Shown here piece by piece: positions 11,453 to 26,102 of a DNA stretch of 64,000 nucleotides. The notes under the pieces are model-generated. The model searched no databases, had not been told where the DNA came from, and saw only the letters and a program-made list of their open reading frames with translations. The stretch is from Eledone cirrhosa (taxonomy: Eukaryota), in NCBI GenBank assembly GCA_964016885.1, contig OZ024755.1:29140001-29204000 (forward strand). Reading direction: 5' to 3'. Position 1 is the stretch's first letter. Each line of letters begins with the position of its first letter. The position numbers and the translations under genes are program-made.

Positions 11453-11640
11453 ATCATCATCATCATCATCCGGCGGCCTGAACCGAAACCGACTCAACAA
11501 TTGATCTCCACGTGGGTCTGTCGATCATTGTCGCAGCCAAATCATGGATTTCAATACCAGAATCTCTGGAGATGACATCGGGATAGGAGAGCTTGTGCCC
11601 CCTGTTATTAGTGACTTATTGTGGTTTCCAAAGCACTGTA
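11453..11640 (-). mobile_element. RTE-like LINE 3' end with (GAT)n tail
   Basis: Reverse complement of 15345-15560. Confidence 0.75.
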
Positions 11641-11829
11641 ATGTAATAGGTCATCATTGTTACACACTGTGTCCTAATGAGTGACTATGAAAATTGCGTT
11701 ACGGGTAAACGTGTTTTTCGACTACTCAGCAATTTACATGTTAAAGTACTGATCAGGCTTTTCTATTGTCTAAATAAAATGAATACTCACCCACGGAACC
11801 GATAGATATGCCTATAACGTACAAATAGC

Positions 11830-12016
11830 AATTGTTTCTACTTTTGGGATCAAGGCCAGCAATTAACACCAGTGCATTACTGGTACTTTATTTTATCAAC
11901 CCCTTAAGGATGAAAGGCAAAGTTAACCTCGGCGGAATTCGAACAACTAAGAACATAAAGGGCCGTAACTTTAAGCTGCAAAGCATGGCGTCTGACCATC
12001 TCCCATACTGCCGAGA
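11830..12016 (-). mobile_element. SINE S1 (minus strand)
   Basis: Reverse complement of S1 motifs. Confidence 0.85.
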
Positions 12017-12137
12017 CATTACTATTTATTGTTGTTTGTGTCATTTGGCATTTAATCAAAGATCGGCGTCTGTCAAGCGCTCCAGTCGTGCCTCTATACA
12101 TGACTTAACTATTACTAATTGTTTTGTATATTTAATA

Positions 12138-13664
12138 TTGGCAGTATCAGTAGAGGGTCGGACACCATGCTTTGCAACATAGAGTTACGACCCTTTATGA
12201 TCTGGGTTCAAATCCCGCCGAGGTTAACTTTGCCTTTCATCCTTATAGGGTCGATAAAATAAAGTACCTGCCACGCACTGGGGTCGATTTAATCGACTTC
12301 CCCCTTCCTCCAAATTGCTGGCCTTGTGCCTAAATAAGAAACCATATTTAATATCCTTTGAGTTGTTTGCTATCAAATATGTCGAGTAACTGCAGAGTAA
12401 CGTAGTCGATGGTTCGTCGTTTATTTCATTGTGGTGTTGTAGCAGTAATTCATCTTAATAAATATTATGAGATACATCGGAGTAATGCCGTTAAACTTGT
12501 TTATCGACCTATATATATATATATATATATATGAAATGCTCTATCTATAATATTTACTTTTACTGTTATTTTTTTATGATTCCATGTTCTAACACAATGT
12601 ATTTACTAATGTCTAGATAGCTTCTGTATTTGAGAATTACATTTCGGCTTGCGGGAGTAGTATGTCTATCAGAAAACACATAGACCTTGATGCTGTTGAA
12701 ATGGTTGTCAGATTTTCGGTTTATGTCTGTCTGAGATGACATTTTACATAGTTTAGTAATTTTGCTATTTTCTTATATTGATTCTATAGTCAGCATGATA
12801 TAGTCCTCTGTTGCTTTTATGTTCCAAGTCAGAGCATATTATTTCCATTGGTGAATTGGCATAATCGTAGACGGTTGGGCGCCATGCTTTCTAGCATAGT
12901 TTTACAGTCTGAGTTCAAATCCCGCCGAGGTTAACTTTGCCTTTCATCCTTACGGGGTCGATAAAATAAAGTACCAGTAATGTACTGGATATTTGCTGGC
13001 CTTGTGCCTAAAGTAGAAACAATTATTATTATTCCATTACACATTTATTTTATCATTATTATCATGTTTTTGAGGGCGGTGGATTGGCAGTATCGGTAGA
13101 GGGTCGGACGCCATGCTTTCCAGCATAGTTACGTCCTTTACGATCTGAGTTCAAATCTCGCCGAGGTTGACTTTGCCTTTCATCCTTACGGGATCGATAA
13201 AATAAAGTACCAGTAATGCACTGGGTAATTGCTGGCCTTGTGCCTAAAGTAGAAACAATTATTATCATGTTTTTAACAGTTTCGTAGGAGGTTACACTGC
13301 ACCGTGAGTTGTATCTCCTTGATCATGGGTAGTGCCTCACCATAATAGTTTTAAAATGTAGGATTATGTTTCACTGCTACATTTATTTCTATGTTACTTA
13401 TATAGATTATTCTATTTTTATTATTTATTTCAAACATAAGGACGGTGAATTGGCAGTATCGGTAGAGTGTCGGACGCCATGCTTTGCAGCATAGAGTTAC
13501 AACCCTTTATGATCTGAGATCAAATCCCGCCGAGGTTAACGTTGCCTTTCATCCTTAAGGGGTCGATAAAATAAAGTACCAGTAATGCATTGGGGTCGAT
13601 TTAATCGACTTCCTCTTCCTCCCCTCCAAAATTGCTGGCCCTGTGCCTATACTAGAAATCATTA
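12138..13664 (+). mobile_element. Four SINE S1 copies (12138-12345 long, 12849-13030, 13072-13266, 13440-13664 long)
   Basis: S1 motifs; last copy flanked by TSD TTTATTTCAAACAT. Confidence 0.9.
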
Positions 13665-14177
13665 TTTATTTCAAACATTTTCTAGTAAAAGAAGTGATCG
13701 AACATATCCAACATTTTAACTAGCACGCATTTCCCCGTGTGATGTACTTAATTACTTCTTGTATTCAGTGAATATCTCCTATATTTATTTTTAGATTATA
13801 TCTTGTTTTCTGTTTATCTTTTATAAATTAACCCTTACTCGTTTCGCTGGGTATAATTAGGTCTTTCAATTGATTTCTTTAATTTTCTGTAGTATATTCA
13901 CCCATCTCTATATGTTTGTTAGATTTCATTGATAATGTGTTTATTCTATACCGGCTTCAATTATTACAGCTATTGAATAAGATATTGTTGTCCAGTCCTT
14001 TTGTATCTGGATAGAGTTTTCTGTGAACAGAATAACCCGAGGCAAACATTATTAATTAACTGATATTTCTTAGAGATACGATTTTACTTGTTGCTTGAGC
14101 TTGCGTTTCATTAAGTCCTTGTATTGAATATGCAATGTTCTCTTCCATTTTGATTATAGTTAAAAACTTCTAAATAT

Positions 14178-14428
14178 TAATTCTGGTTTATTAATTCAGG
14201 TATGCTCCTGGATTATCTGTTTTTCTGATCTGGTTTAAATGAGGTATGATCCTAGATTATCTGTTGTTATGATTCTGGTTTAAATGAGGTATGATCCTAG
14301 ATTATCTGTTGTTGTGATTCTGGTTTAAATGAGTTATGATCCTGGATTATCTGTTGTTATGATTCTGGGTTAAATGTGGTACGATCCTGGATTATCTGTT
14401 GTTCTGATTCTGGTTTAAATGAGATATG
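14178..14428. repeat. 45-bp minisatellite, about 5.5 copies
   Basis: Unit GATTCTGGTTTAAATGAGGTATGATCCTAGATTATCTGTTGTTAT. Confidence 0.9.
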
Positions 14429-15204
14429 AATTTTGTGTTAATAATCCTAGAGTATTGTGTTATTTGATTCAATTAATTTGTTCTCCTGGAAGAAGCACAC
14501 ATATATAGTTCGAAGCGTCTTTTCCTGCTTTTTTATGATTTCTTTTCTAATGTGATTTGTTCAATCAAATCTTTTGCTATTTATTTTCATTCTTAGGTGC
14601 GTTCTTTTATTATTTTACATAATTTATATATTCTCTTGATTTTCATTATTAATATATATGTTGTAGTTTTTTCAGTTTCCTTTATGCAAATATTTTATAC
14701 CGTATATCTTCTTTCTATTTCAGTGCCTGACATTATTAAAATTAAAGGAGTATTTCATGTATACTAACGTTATGGAATAAACTAAATAAATAATTCTGTC
14801 AAGAAATACTAATTGCTACAAAAATGCTTTAGTTATGTAAAAATTCATAAAGATGTTGTTTTTTGTGTATAAAATTGCCATTTTTGGCGTTTTATTTCTA
14901 AGTTCCTGTGGATAAGAGATAGATCGACATCTTCATTATACATTTATCAGACAGTGACAACTGATTTGGGCTGCAATCATCATCGGCTATCCATCTCATT
15001 AAGGTGTTTATCTCTACTCTCTTGTAATTAGTATATGGATCGATCATTGATGATCCTGAATCTCCATTGATTTCTTATCATCTTTTAATATTAACCATGT
15101 CAATTATGGGAATGTGCATGATGATGTTTCGATCATTGATACAGTACCTAGATACTGGACCCTCTAGAGAGTGATCCCTGTACATAATACCTGCTTCAAT
15201 GCAT

Positions 15205-15562
15205 TCAGAACATAAGCTTGCGACATCTGACTTTGAGAGAGATATATACCGGTCTCCCACATATATCTGTTGTTGTACGTAAAAGGAGAGTAAGATTTGC
15301 TTGCCACTGCCATTGTGTCACCTACGAGGATGTGTCCCCATTAGTGATTTGGAAACCACAAGCAGTCACTAATAACAGGGGCCGAAAACTCTCCTACCCC
15401 GATGTCATCTCCAGAGATTCTGGTGTTGAAATCCAGGAATTGGCGCAACGGCAATGAACGATAGACCTACGTGGAGATCAATTGTTGAGTCGATTTCGGA
15501 AGAGGCCACCGGATGATGATGATGATGATGATAATGATGATGATGATGATGATGATGATGAT
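15205..15562 (+). mobile_element. RTE-like LINE 3' end with (GAT)n tail
   Basis: IYTGLPHIS..VRKRRVRFACHC..LVIWKP..RGRKLSYPDVI matches the RTE C-terminal RRLRFAGHC..W.P..RGR motif. Confidence 0.8.
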
Positions 15563-16371
15563 GCAGCAGCATCTTGTTATTGGGCTCTTACAACCTTTAT
15601 TGTTCCATTTATTTCACCTGACACTGCACCCTTATCAATATTCGGGGACTTAAGGTGATATACGTATAAATACGTTCCTTGTTTAGTTCGGCAGCAGAGA
15701 CTAATTACCGTAAAAGACAAGATTGTATACATTTACTGCAAATGTTCACACGACTGTAATTACAGCTAACTTTCTCTGATTAAATCCTAAAAGATAATTC
15801 AAAATTTAGACTGATGTTGAGTTGCGATGTTATCTATTACAGACGGAAGATGTCTATCAGCAATAAGGAATTAATTTGTGCTTTGTGAGTGGAGTTAATT
15901 TGCTCGAGATATTTATCTCCATGGTGAGGTTTTGCGTTGTATTTTGCTCTTAATAGATCTAGTATTGCTAGATATATATAATAAGCGTAGGATCAGGAAT
16001 CCAATAGTGATATCGAAAGTTTCACAATCGTCTTTATATATATTTTTTTTTACTATTGTATGTATTAGAATTTATAAATTGGAGTAATTACATCTCTCTA
16101 GAAGATAAGACCAGTGTATTTTAGAAACATCGATAAAATTAGAAAGTTAACAGATATAAAGAATGTACAAATGAGTAATGATGATATCGAAATAGTGTTT
16201 TAATACAAATATCATTTAGAGTTTCAATAATATATGATTTAAAATAGAAATTTAACTTCATACATACACGCTTAAAATCTCACACGCGCACACACATACA
16301 TCTATAGGTATTTTTGTGAGTATGTATGTGTTTATATGTGTGTATTTATACACACACACAAACACACACAC

Positions 16372-16435
<64 letters not shown>

Positions 16436-16436
<1 letters not shown>

Positions 16437-16645
16437 ACAAAGAAAGTGTGATAAGGAGCCAGGTGGACCATAACGCACCAGAGTACCAGATACTTAAACA
16501 GATACTTAGGGTAGTAGAGTGGGTAATAGGATAAGAGTCAAGACCCCGAGGGATGAGCTTCTGCCGTTTCGACAGCTAGATCCAATCTGTTCCAATCTAG
16601 CTGTTGAAACGGCCAGAGCTCAGCCGTCGGGATCCTGACTCTTTT

Positions 16646-16648
<3 letters not shown>
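16436..16648. mobile_element. Family A palindromic element (subfamily with GACAGCTAGATCC)
   Basis: Family A long arm plus inverted short arm ending TTTCCTA. Confidence 0.85.
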
Positions 16649-16719
<71 letters not shown>

Positions 16720-16844
16720 ACATAATATTTCTCTTATTTGTAATCTTCATGAACAGGATTAACATAAGCAGCGAGATTGCATGGCGTCGGACTCTCTACC
16801 GATACTGCGAAAGAAAAACGGTTTCATTAGTACATCCCTATTTA

Positions 16845-16916
16845 TTTTGTTATGCGTATTTCGAAGACGTAAGGCAGTTGTATAACAACTGCCCTACTTG
16901 TTCTCTTTGGACAAAA
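16845..16916 (-). ncRNA. Type I HHR, long-stem-II family H (core decayed to CCAAAGA)
   Basis: TTTTGT/ACAAAA stem I, GAA-C..C-TTC stem II with long hairpin, GAAATACGCATA. Confidence 0.55.
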
Positions 16917-17324
16917 ATACAAACGAGATGTAAAGATCCATCGATAGGTTACCGGCCATACGTATTATTCACTTAGCCGACCAGTAAGCATACAGAAGCA
17001 TATGCTTACTGGTTGCCGAAGTGAATGATCCAAGATTATCCAATTTTTCGGGCATGTATAACCGGAGTGAGCTAAAGTCAAACTTTTTATTTTTTTTTCT
17101 TATTATAGAGCTTGTGGCGTTTTGTAGATGTTGATTAATGATCCTGGGGAAAACTAGATGAAAATAAACGAGCACGAAGATAAAATAAAAAATAAAAATT
17201 GAAATGCTGTAAGATACGAGGAATATAAAAACAAGGATTCTCTGCAACTTGTTGAATTATACATGACCTTTATCAACAATACGAACATAATCGTTATCCA
17301 TCAAATCACCGCCATTTCTATCAT

Positions 17325-17328
17325 CCTT

Positions 17329-17359
<31 letters not shown>

Positions 17360-17617
17360 GATGGAAAATTAGTAGTTGTAGTACTTTGCAGAGCCAATAT
17401 CAGAATTAACATTTTCACCTACAAAATAATTTTTTGATTTAATCCTCATCATCATCATCATCATCATCATAATCATTGTCGGAATTATCATCAGCAGTTC
17501 CACCACCACCACCACCAACAACACCAACAACAACAACAACGCCATCATCATCATCATCATCGGAATTATCATCAGCAGTTCGACCACCACCACCACCAAC
17601 GCCAAGACCATCATTAA

Positions 17618-17648
<31 letters not shown>

Positions 17649-17698
17649 GGCATAATCATCAGCAGTTCCACCACCAACACCAACACCATCACCATCAG

Positions 17699-17729
<31 letters not shown>

Positions 17730-17857
17730 GGCATAATCATCAGCAGTTCCACCACCAACACCAACACCATCACCATCAGCATCATCATCATCATCATCAT
17801 CGGCATTATCATCAGCAGTTCGACCACCACCACCACCAACAACACCAACGCCAAGAC

Positions 17858-17897
<40 letters not shown>

Positions 17898-18025
17898 GGC
17901 ATTATCATCAGCAGCTCCACCACCACCACCACCACCAACAACCCCAACGCCATCATCATCATCATCGGCATTATCATCAGCAGTTCGACCACCACCACCA
18001 CCACCACCACCACCAACACCAAAAC

Positions 18026-18056
<31 letters not shown>

Positions 18057-18185
18057 GGCATTATCATCAGCAGTTCCACCACCAACACCAACACCACCAC
18101 CACCAACACCAACACCAACACCAACACCAACACCATCATCACCATCATCATCAACAGCAGCATCATTATCATTATCAACACGACC
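17325..18185. repeat. Higher-order compound (CAT)/(CAC)/(CAA) repeat
   Basis: Recurrent CGGCATTATCATCAGCAGTTC.ACCACC anchor between variable trinucleotide runs. Confidence 0.9.
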
Positions 18186-18371
18186 ATTGATATTCCGTCG
18201 ACATCGTTGCCAACAGCGTCATCAACAGAAGTATATAGCAGCAGCTGTATTGGAAGAAACGAAAGAGCAGAATTCAGATAGGAAAGAAGCGAAGATGGAG
18301 TAGAATAAGAGTTGTAGTGGCAGAACTAGACTATATAGCTATATATTGCCTACATTATTTGCTACTAGAGG

Positions 18372-18750
18372 AGGGCGGTGGCTCGGGAGTATCGGTAGAG
18401 GGTCGAACGCCATGCTTTGACACATAGAGTTACGCCCCTTGCCATTCTGAGTTCAAATTCCGCCGAGGTTAACTTGGCCTTTCATCCTTACGGGGTCGAT
18501 AAAATAAAGTACCAGTAATACACTGGGTAATTACTGGCCTTGTGCCAAAAGTAGAAACAATTATTTGCTACTAGAGTAGGGCAGTGGCTCGGCCGCCATG
18601 CTTTGACGAATAGAGTTACGCCCCTTGCCATTCTGAGTTCAAATTCCGCCGAGGTTAACTTTGCCTTTCATCTTTTACGGGGTCGATAAAATAAAGTACC
18701 AGTAATACACTGGTTAATTTACTGGCCTTGTGCCAAAAGTAGAAACAATT
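18372..18750 (+). mobile_element. Two tandem SINE S1 copies
   Basis: ATTTGCTACTA present before, between and after the copies. Confidence 0.9.
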
Positions 18751-18946
18751 ATTTGCTACTATGAAAAATCTATAAATGTTCGTTCTGTTTTAATATACAA
18801 GCTAACATGGAAGTTGACTGTCTTTAAACAAAATCTTGGTAGTCTTAGTAAATCCCTAGTATACTGTATTTTTAGTAAATGATACAATTGCACGTATATG
18901 TATTTGGCAGATCATACTCTGATATGTCCTTTGGAATATGTGTATG

Positions 18947-19597
18947 GCTTAATACGGGATGTTTGTTTACAAACACACCGAGCATTATAATAAATGTTCG
19001 GTGAATCCATACGTACATATATATATGTGTGCATGTATGTCTATATATATATACATACTACTGTACGTCTGTATACATATATGTATGTACGTGTACATAC
19101 TTATATTTAAGTAACAGCCGTACTAAGAGTGGGAAATGAAATTTCGTTTCATTTTTTCCGTTTATCGTTTTCGGTGCACCCGGCCGATTAACCCACTCGA
19201 TATGCAAATCGGGCTACTCAGCCGTTAATATGCATAAGGTAAGTATATACGTTTAACAATCTGGCAGGAAGGTATACGTTGCTGACGATAGCTAATAAGC
19301 TTGAAACTAGTACAGCGTTCCTTTGTCAGTGTTGAACAAACGAGCAACGATGATTGCTGGACACTACGGCTTAATACGGGATGTTTGTTTACAAACACAC
19401 CGAGCATTATACTAAATGTTCGGTGAATCCATACGTACATATATATATATATATATATATCTGTGTGTGCATGTATGTATATATGTATACATACTACTGT
19501 ACGTCTGTATACATATATGTATGTACGTGTACGTATTTATACTTCAGTAACAGCCGTACTAAGAGTGGGAAATGAAATTTCGTTTCATTTTTTCCGT
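18947..19597 (+). mobile_element. Family F Penelope-type pLTR pair in partial tandem, with HHR
   Basis: 18947-19160 repeated at 19368-19597; first copy has an extra about 65-nt extension; HHR at 19276-19318; ends in TA tract. Confidence 0.8.
19276..19318 (+). ncRNA. Type I hammerhead ribozyme, canonical core (family F)
   Basis: ACGTTG-CTGACGA-T-AGCT(aata)AGCT-T-GAAAC-TA-GTA/CAGCGT. Confidence 0.8.
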
Positions 19598-19627
19598 ATA
19601 TATATATATATATATATAATCAACGAA

Positions 19628-19669
<42 letters not shown>

Positions 19670-19812
19670 TTCGTTGATTACTCAATGAATATAGTTTTAC
19701 AATAGATTAAAATCACTCAACAGTTGTTTTCTGGAGTTATTCCAGTATTGGCAGTCAATACTGGAATTGAACTATCAAGACCGTTGAAGTATGTCATACA
19801 TCAATTCATGTA

Positions 19813-19874
19813 TTTTATCTGACGAGGACGTACTGAAAAAACAGCACAGTACCTTCGAAATACATATAGTAAAA
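19813..19874 (+). ncRNA. Type I hammerhead ribozyme, family H, intact core
   Basis: TTTTAT-CTGACGA-GGA-C-GTACTG..CAGTAC-C-TTC-GAAA-TA(ca)TA-TA/GTAAAA. Confidence 0.75.
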
Positions 19875-19923
19875 CATATATTTTGATTATGTGAATGCCC
19901 TCATTTATTATTATTCTGAATAA

Positions 19924-19971
<48 letters not shown>

Positions 19972-19974
<3 letters not shown>

Positions 19975-20179
19975 AACGAGTAGGACCCCGACGGCTGAGC
20001 TCAAGCCGTTTCGACGGCTAATTCTGGACTAAATTTAGTCCAGAATTAGCCGTCGAAGCGGCTTGACCTCAGCCGTCGGGGTCCTACTCGTTTCTATTAC
20101 CCACTCTACTTACTACCCTAAGTATTGAGTACTTTGGAGCGTTATGGTCCACCTGGTTCCTTACCACATTTCCTTCGTT
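19972..20179. mobile_element. Family A palindromic element, opposite orientation
   Basis: Short arm first, long arm ends ..CACATTTCCTTCGTT-(TA)n. Confidence 0.85.
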
Positions 20180-20195
20180 ATATATATATATATAT

Positions 20196-20411
20196 AGGAA
20201 CGATCCACTTTCGTCAAATCGGACCGAGGGAACAATGTTTCCGTTTGTCTTTCCAATTGCTAATACTATCTATCTGTCGCAACTCCAGGTAGAAGGAGCA
20301 ACGTGAAATAAAGTGTCTTGCTCAAGGACATAACGCATCGCCAGGTCCAGGAATCGAACTCACAACCTTACGATTGGGAATCCAATTCCCTAACCACTCA
20401 GCCACACGCCT
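20196..20411 (-). mobile_element. tRNA-derived CORE-like SINE (family S2)
   Basis: Reverse complement of 54961-55165; GTCCTTGAGCAAGACACTTT core-like motif. Confidence 0.75.
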
Positions 20412-20576
20412 TCACACATATATATATATATATGAACGCACAGACATATATACTTATATATGTATATATGTATCTATATATATATGTGTGTATGAGTGTG
20501 TGTGTATGAGCGCGCGCGTGTGTGTGGGTGTGTGGGTGTGTGTGTGTGGGTGTGTGGGTGTGTGTGTGTGTGTGTG

Positions 20577-20633
<57 letters not shown>

Positions 20634-20836
20634 GTGTGTGTATTAAATGAAAATAAAAGGAATACAAGAGAATCTTAAAATGAAGAAGAAATATCTACGG
20701 TGCTCAGACAACAGTACAACGAGCACTTGTAATCTCGTGCTACATTCAAGATACAAACTCTCTCATACTTGTAAAGTATGGACTCCTATTGATGTACACA
20801 GTTTTCATATTATCTCATCTCTTTCGTATCGTTTCA

Positions 20837-23061
<2,225 letters not shown>

Positions 23062-23261
23062 NNNNNNNNNNNNNNNNNNNNNNNNNNNNNNNNNNNNNNN
23101 NNNNNNNNNNNNNNNNNNNNNNNNNNNNNNNNNNNNNNNNNNNNNNNNNNNNNNNNNNNNNNNNNNNNNNNNNNNNNNNNNNNNNNNNNNNNNNNNNNNN
23201 NNNNNNNNNNNNNNNNNNNNNNNNNNNNNNNNNNNNNNNNNNNNNNNNNNNNNNNNNNNNN
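23062..23261. other. Assembly gap (200 N)
   Basis: Run of N following a long TA tract. Confidence 1.
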
Positions 23262-23416
23262 TCTAGATATGATTTAAAAGCAAGACTTCTAAGGTAACAA
23301 ATGCTCTTTCAGTTCTAACTGTTATATCTTTGAGAAATATATTTTCTGTAGTGGGAAGGAAGCAATTACAATATGCGGAAAGAATAGATTAAAAGTTCAA
23401 AGTATACGCAAGATGA

Positions 23417-23457
<41 letters not shown>

Positions 23458-23497
23458 TACTCTATATTGTGTATATATATATAAACTTACTCTATAT

Positions 23498-23541
<44 letters not shown>

Positions 23542-23994
23542 TACTCTATATTGTATATATATATATATGTATATATGAACTTACTCTATATCTTTGGGCG
23601 TATTATTAAGAAAAACTAAACAAGAATAGAAAGTAAACCAAAACTAAACAAAATTAGTAAATATTACAATAGAAATATGAGAAAGTTAGTAAGCCAAGGC
23701 AGAAAAAACATGCAACGCATGTGAAAATATAAGCGGGTTTATTCGCAGAGAAATCCGTGTAGATGTGATAAGTATGTAAGCTATAAAGAAATTTAATGCT
23801 GTACTACAAGCTTAATTAGTGTCAAAAATGATAAACAGTTTGCAAAGTAAAATCTAAACGACTACTTTAACAGTTATACAAGGACGAAACTTTCAGAGAC
23901 TGGCAAACGTACACGTACATATATACTCGCACAGACACATATACAGAGACATAGATATACACACACACATACATATACACACACACACACACAC

Positions 23995-24025
<31 letters not shown>

Positions 24026-24153
24026 CACGCATACACACACACACGTGCGCACGCACACACGCGAACGCACACGCACCCTGGCACGAAAATACTTACATGC
24101 ACACTCACGCGCACGCAAAAACTTACATCCGCACTCATATACAAACACACACG

Positions 24154-24189
<36 letters not shown>

Positions 24190-24249
24190 TACATACACAC
24201 ACTCATGCACACACACACACGGATGACATTTTATATATATATATATTTG

Positions 24250-24443
24250 TTTTAATGTAGAAGAGTTTGTACAGGACTAGAACTGTTTCATTCGTGAGAA
24301 ATCATCAGGAAGCCTCCCGATGATTTCTCACCAATGAAACAGTTCTAGTCCTGTAGAAGCTCTTCTACATTAAAACAATTATACTCTGCTATGTATTGAG
24401 TACCTTACTTACTGTGGTTACCCCCGATTGAGCCCGGAATAAT
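24250..24443. mobile_element. Family B palindromic element (variant stem I GCTTC/GAAGC)
   Basis: Inverted arms around GAAGCCTC; CTGATGA on minus arm, CCGATGA on plus arm. Confidence 0.8.
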
Positions 24444-24590
24444 TCATCTATATGTATATATATACATATAGATATGCATATATATATATATATATATGTC
24501 TATATATATATGTATATATATATATGTATATATATATACATATATATATGTGTATATATATATATGTATATATATACATATATATATATA

Positions 24591-24649
<59 letters not shown>

Positions 24650-24805
24650 ATATATATATGTATATATATGTGTGTGTGTGTGTATATATATATGTATATA
24701 TATGTATATATATTTGTATATATATATGTATATGTATAAATGTATATATATATATGTACATATATATATATATATATATAAATGTATATATATATATATA
24801 TGTAC

Positions 24806-24891
<86 letters not shown>

Positions 24892-24940
24892 ATATATATA
24901 TATATGTGTGTATATATATATATATGTGTGTATATATATA

Positions 24941-24994
<54 letters not shown>

Positions 24995-25389
24995 TGTCTG
25001 TATGTATGCACGTGTATATATCGATAGCTTTCATAGGACTCCAGCATTGAATAAAATATATGGGATTGATATTAAGTTTGATTGATGATGTTTGCATGCA
25101 AGTGTATAGCATTTTAGTGCACATTCAGGGAGGGAAAATTCTTCTCTTTTTATGCGAAGCTATTTCTTTCTTTGAACCCTTGTTATTTTGAACAGGAACT
25201 TTATAGAAATGAATAATGTCTGTAAGGTTACAGAACGCTGTGATCTTGGATCAAAGATGGTAGCTAGTTAGTTGAGTGTATCACGAGCATTTATGGTAAT
25301 AGCAGAATATAATAGAAGCTAAACGGAAACAAGGATAACTCAATAATCCATTTCGATAGTAATTTTCTGATTTAACAATTATTATTTCC

Positions 25390-25572
25390 GGATTGGCAGT
25401 ATCGGTAGAGGGTCGGACGCCATGCTTTCCAGCATAGTTACGTCCCTTTACGATCTGAGTTCAAATCCCGCCAAGGTTGACTTTGCCTTTCATCCTCACG
25501 GGGTTGATAAAATAAAGTACCAGTAATGCACAGGGTAATTGCTGGCCTTTGTGCCTAAAGTAGAAATAATTA
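25390..25572 (+). mobile_element. SINE S1
   Basis: S1 motifs; flanking ATTATTTCC repeat. Confidence 0.9.
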
Positions 25573-25926
25573 TTTCCATACGGATCAAATTATTTTTAGT
25601 AGCACATTCAACTTATCAAGAATGAAATGCTTTCGTTCTTTGTAAGGACATTAAAAGTAAAAAGAAATGAATTATATTGGAATTCAAGTTTTTTCTTTAT
25701 TTGACAATTGTCTGATACAAAGTTTAACTGGAAAAAAAGTACAAATAAAATGACAGTTTAATTTCTATTTTGGAATATATGAAATTTTATTTGAACAAGC
25801 ATTTTCCAAAGTAGACATACATAATATATTTACGTAATCTGTCATCTGCACTAATCACATGGTGCAGTTGGTTTACAATATAAAAATATTTTCGTTTCAT
25901 CCGTCAGTAGGATAAAATATTCAATA

Positions 25927-26102
25927 GAGTAAAATTCTGTTATAACGAAATTTACGGGGTATAAAAAAAATTCGTTGTGACGAAAAATTCTATATAACGA
26001 GAACCACCCAACACATTGAGCGTGTGGACGGGGATTGAGAAAAATGTTCATTATACTGAAAAATTCGTTATAATGATATTCGTTATAACGGAATCTGACC
26101 TG
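25927..26102. mobile_element. pogo/Tigger-type MITE
   Basis: TA-[.AGTAAAATTCTGTTATAACGAA..TTCGTTATAACGGAATCTGACCTG]-TA with internal TTCGTTATAA repeats. Confidence 0.75.

Noticed and set aside
10736-11575. 279-aa and 211-aa repeat ORFs
   Set aside because: Arise from a stop-free 42-bp unit and run into an antisense LINE tail
23452-23590. AAACTTACTCTATATTG repeated within TA (similarly AAATACATTATACATT at 63558-63783)
   Set aside because: Simple slippage duplication inside microsatellite, the first close to an assembly gap
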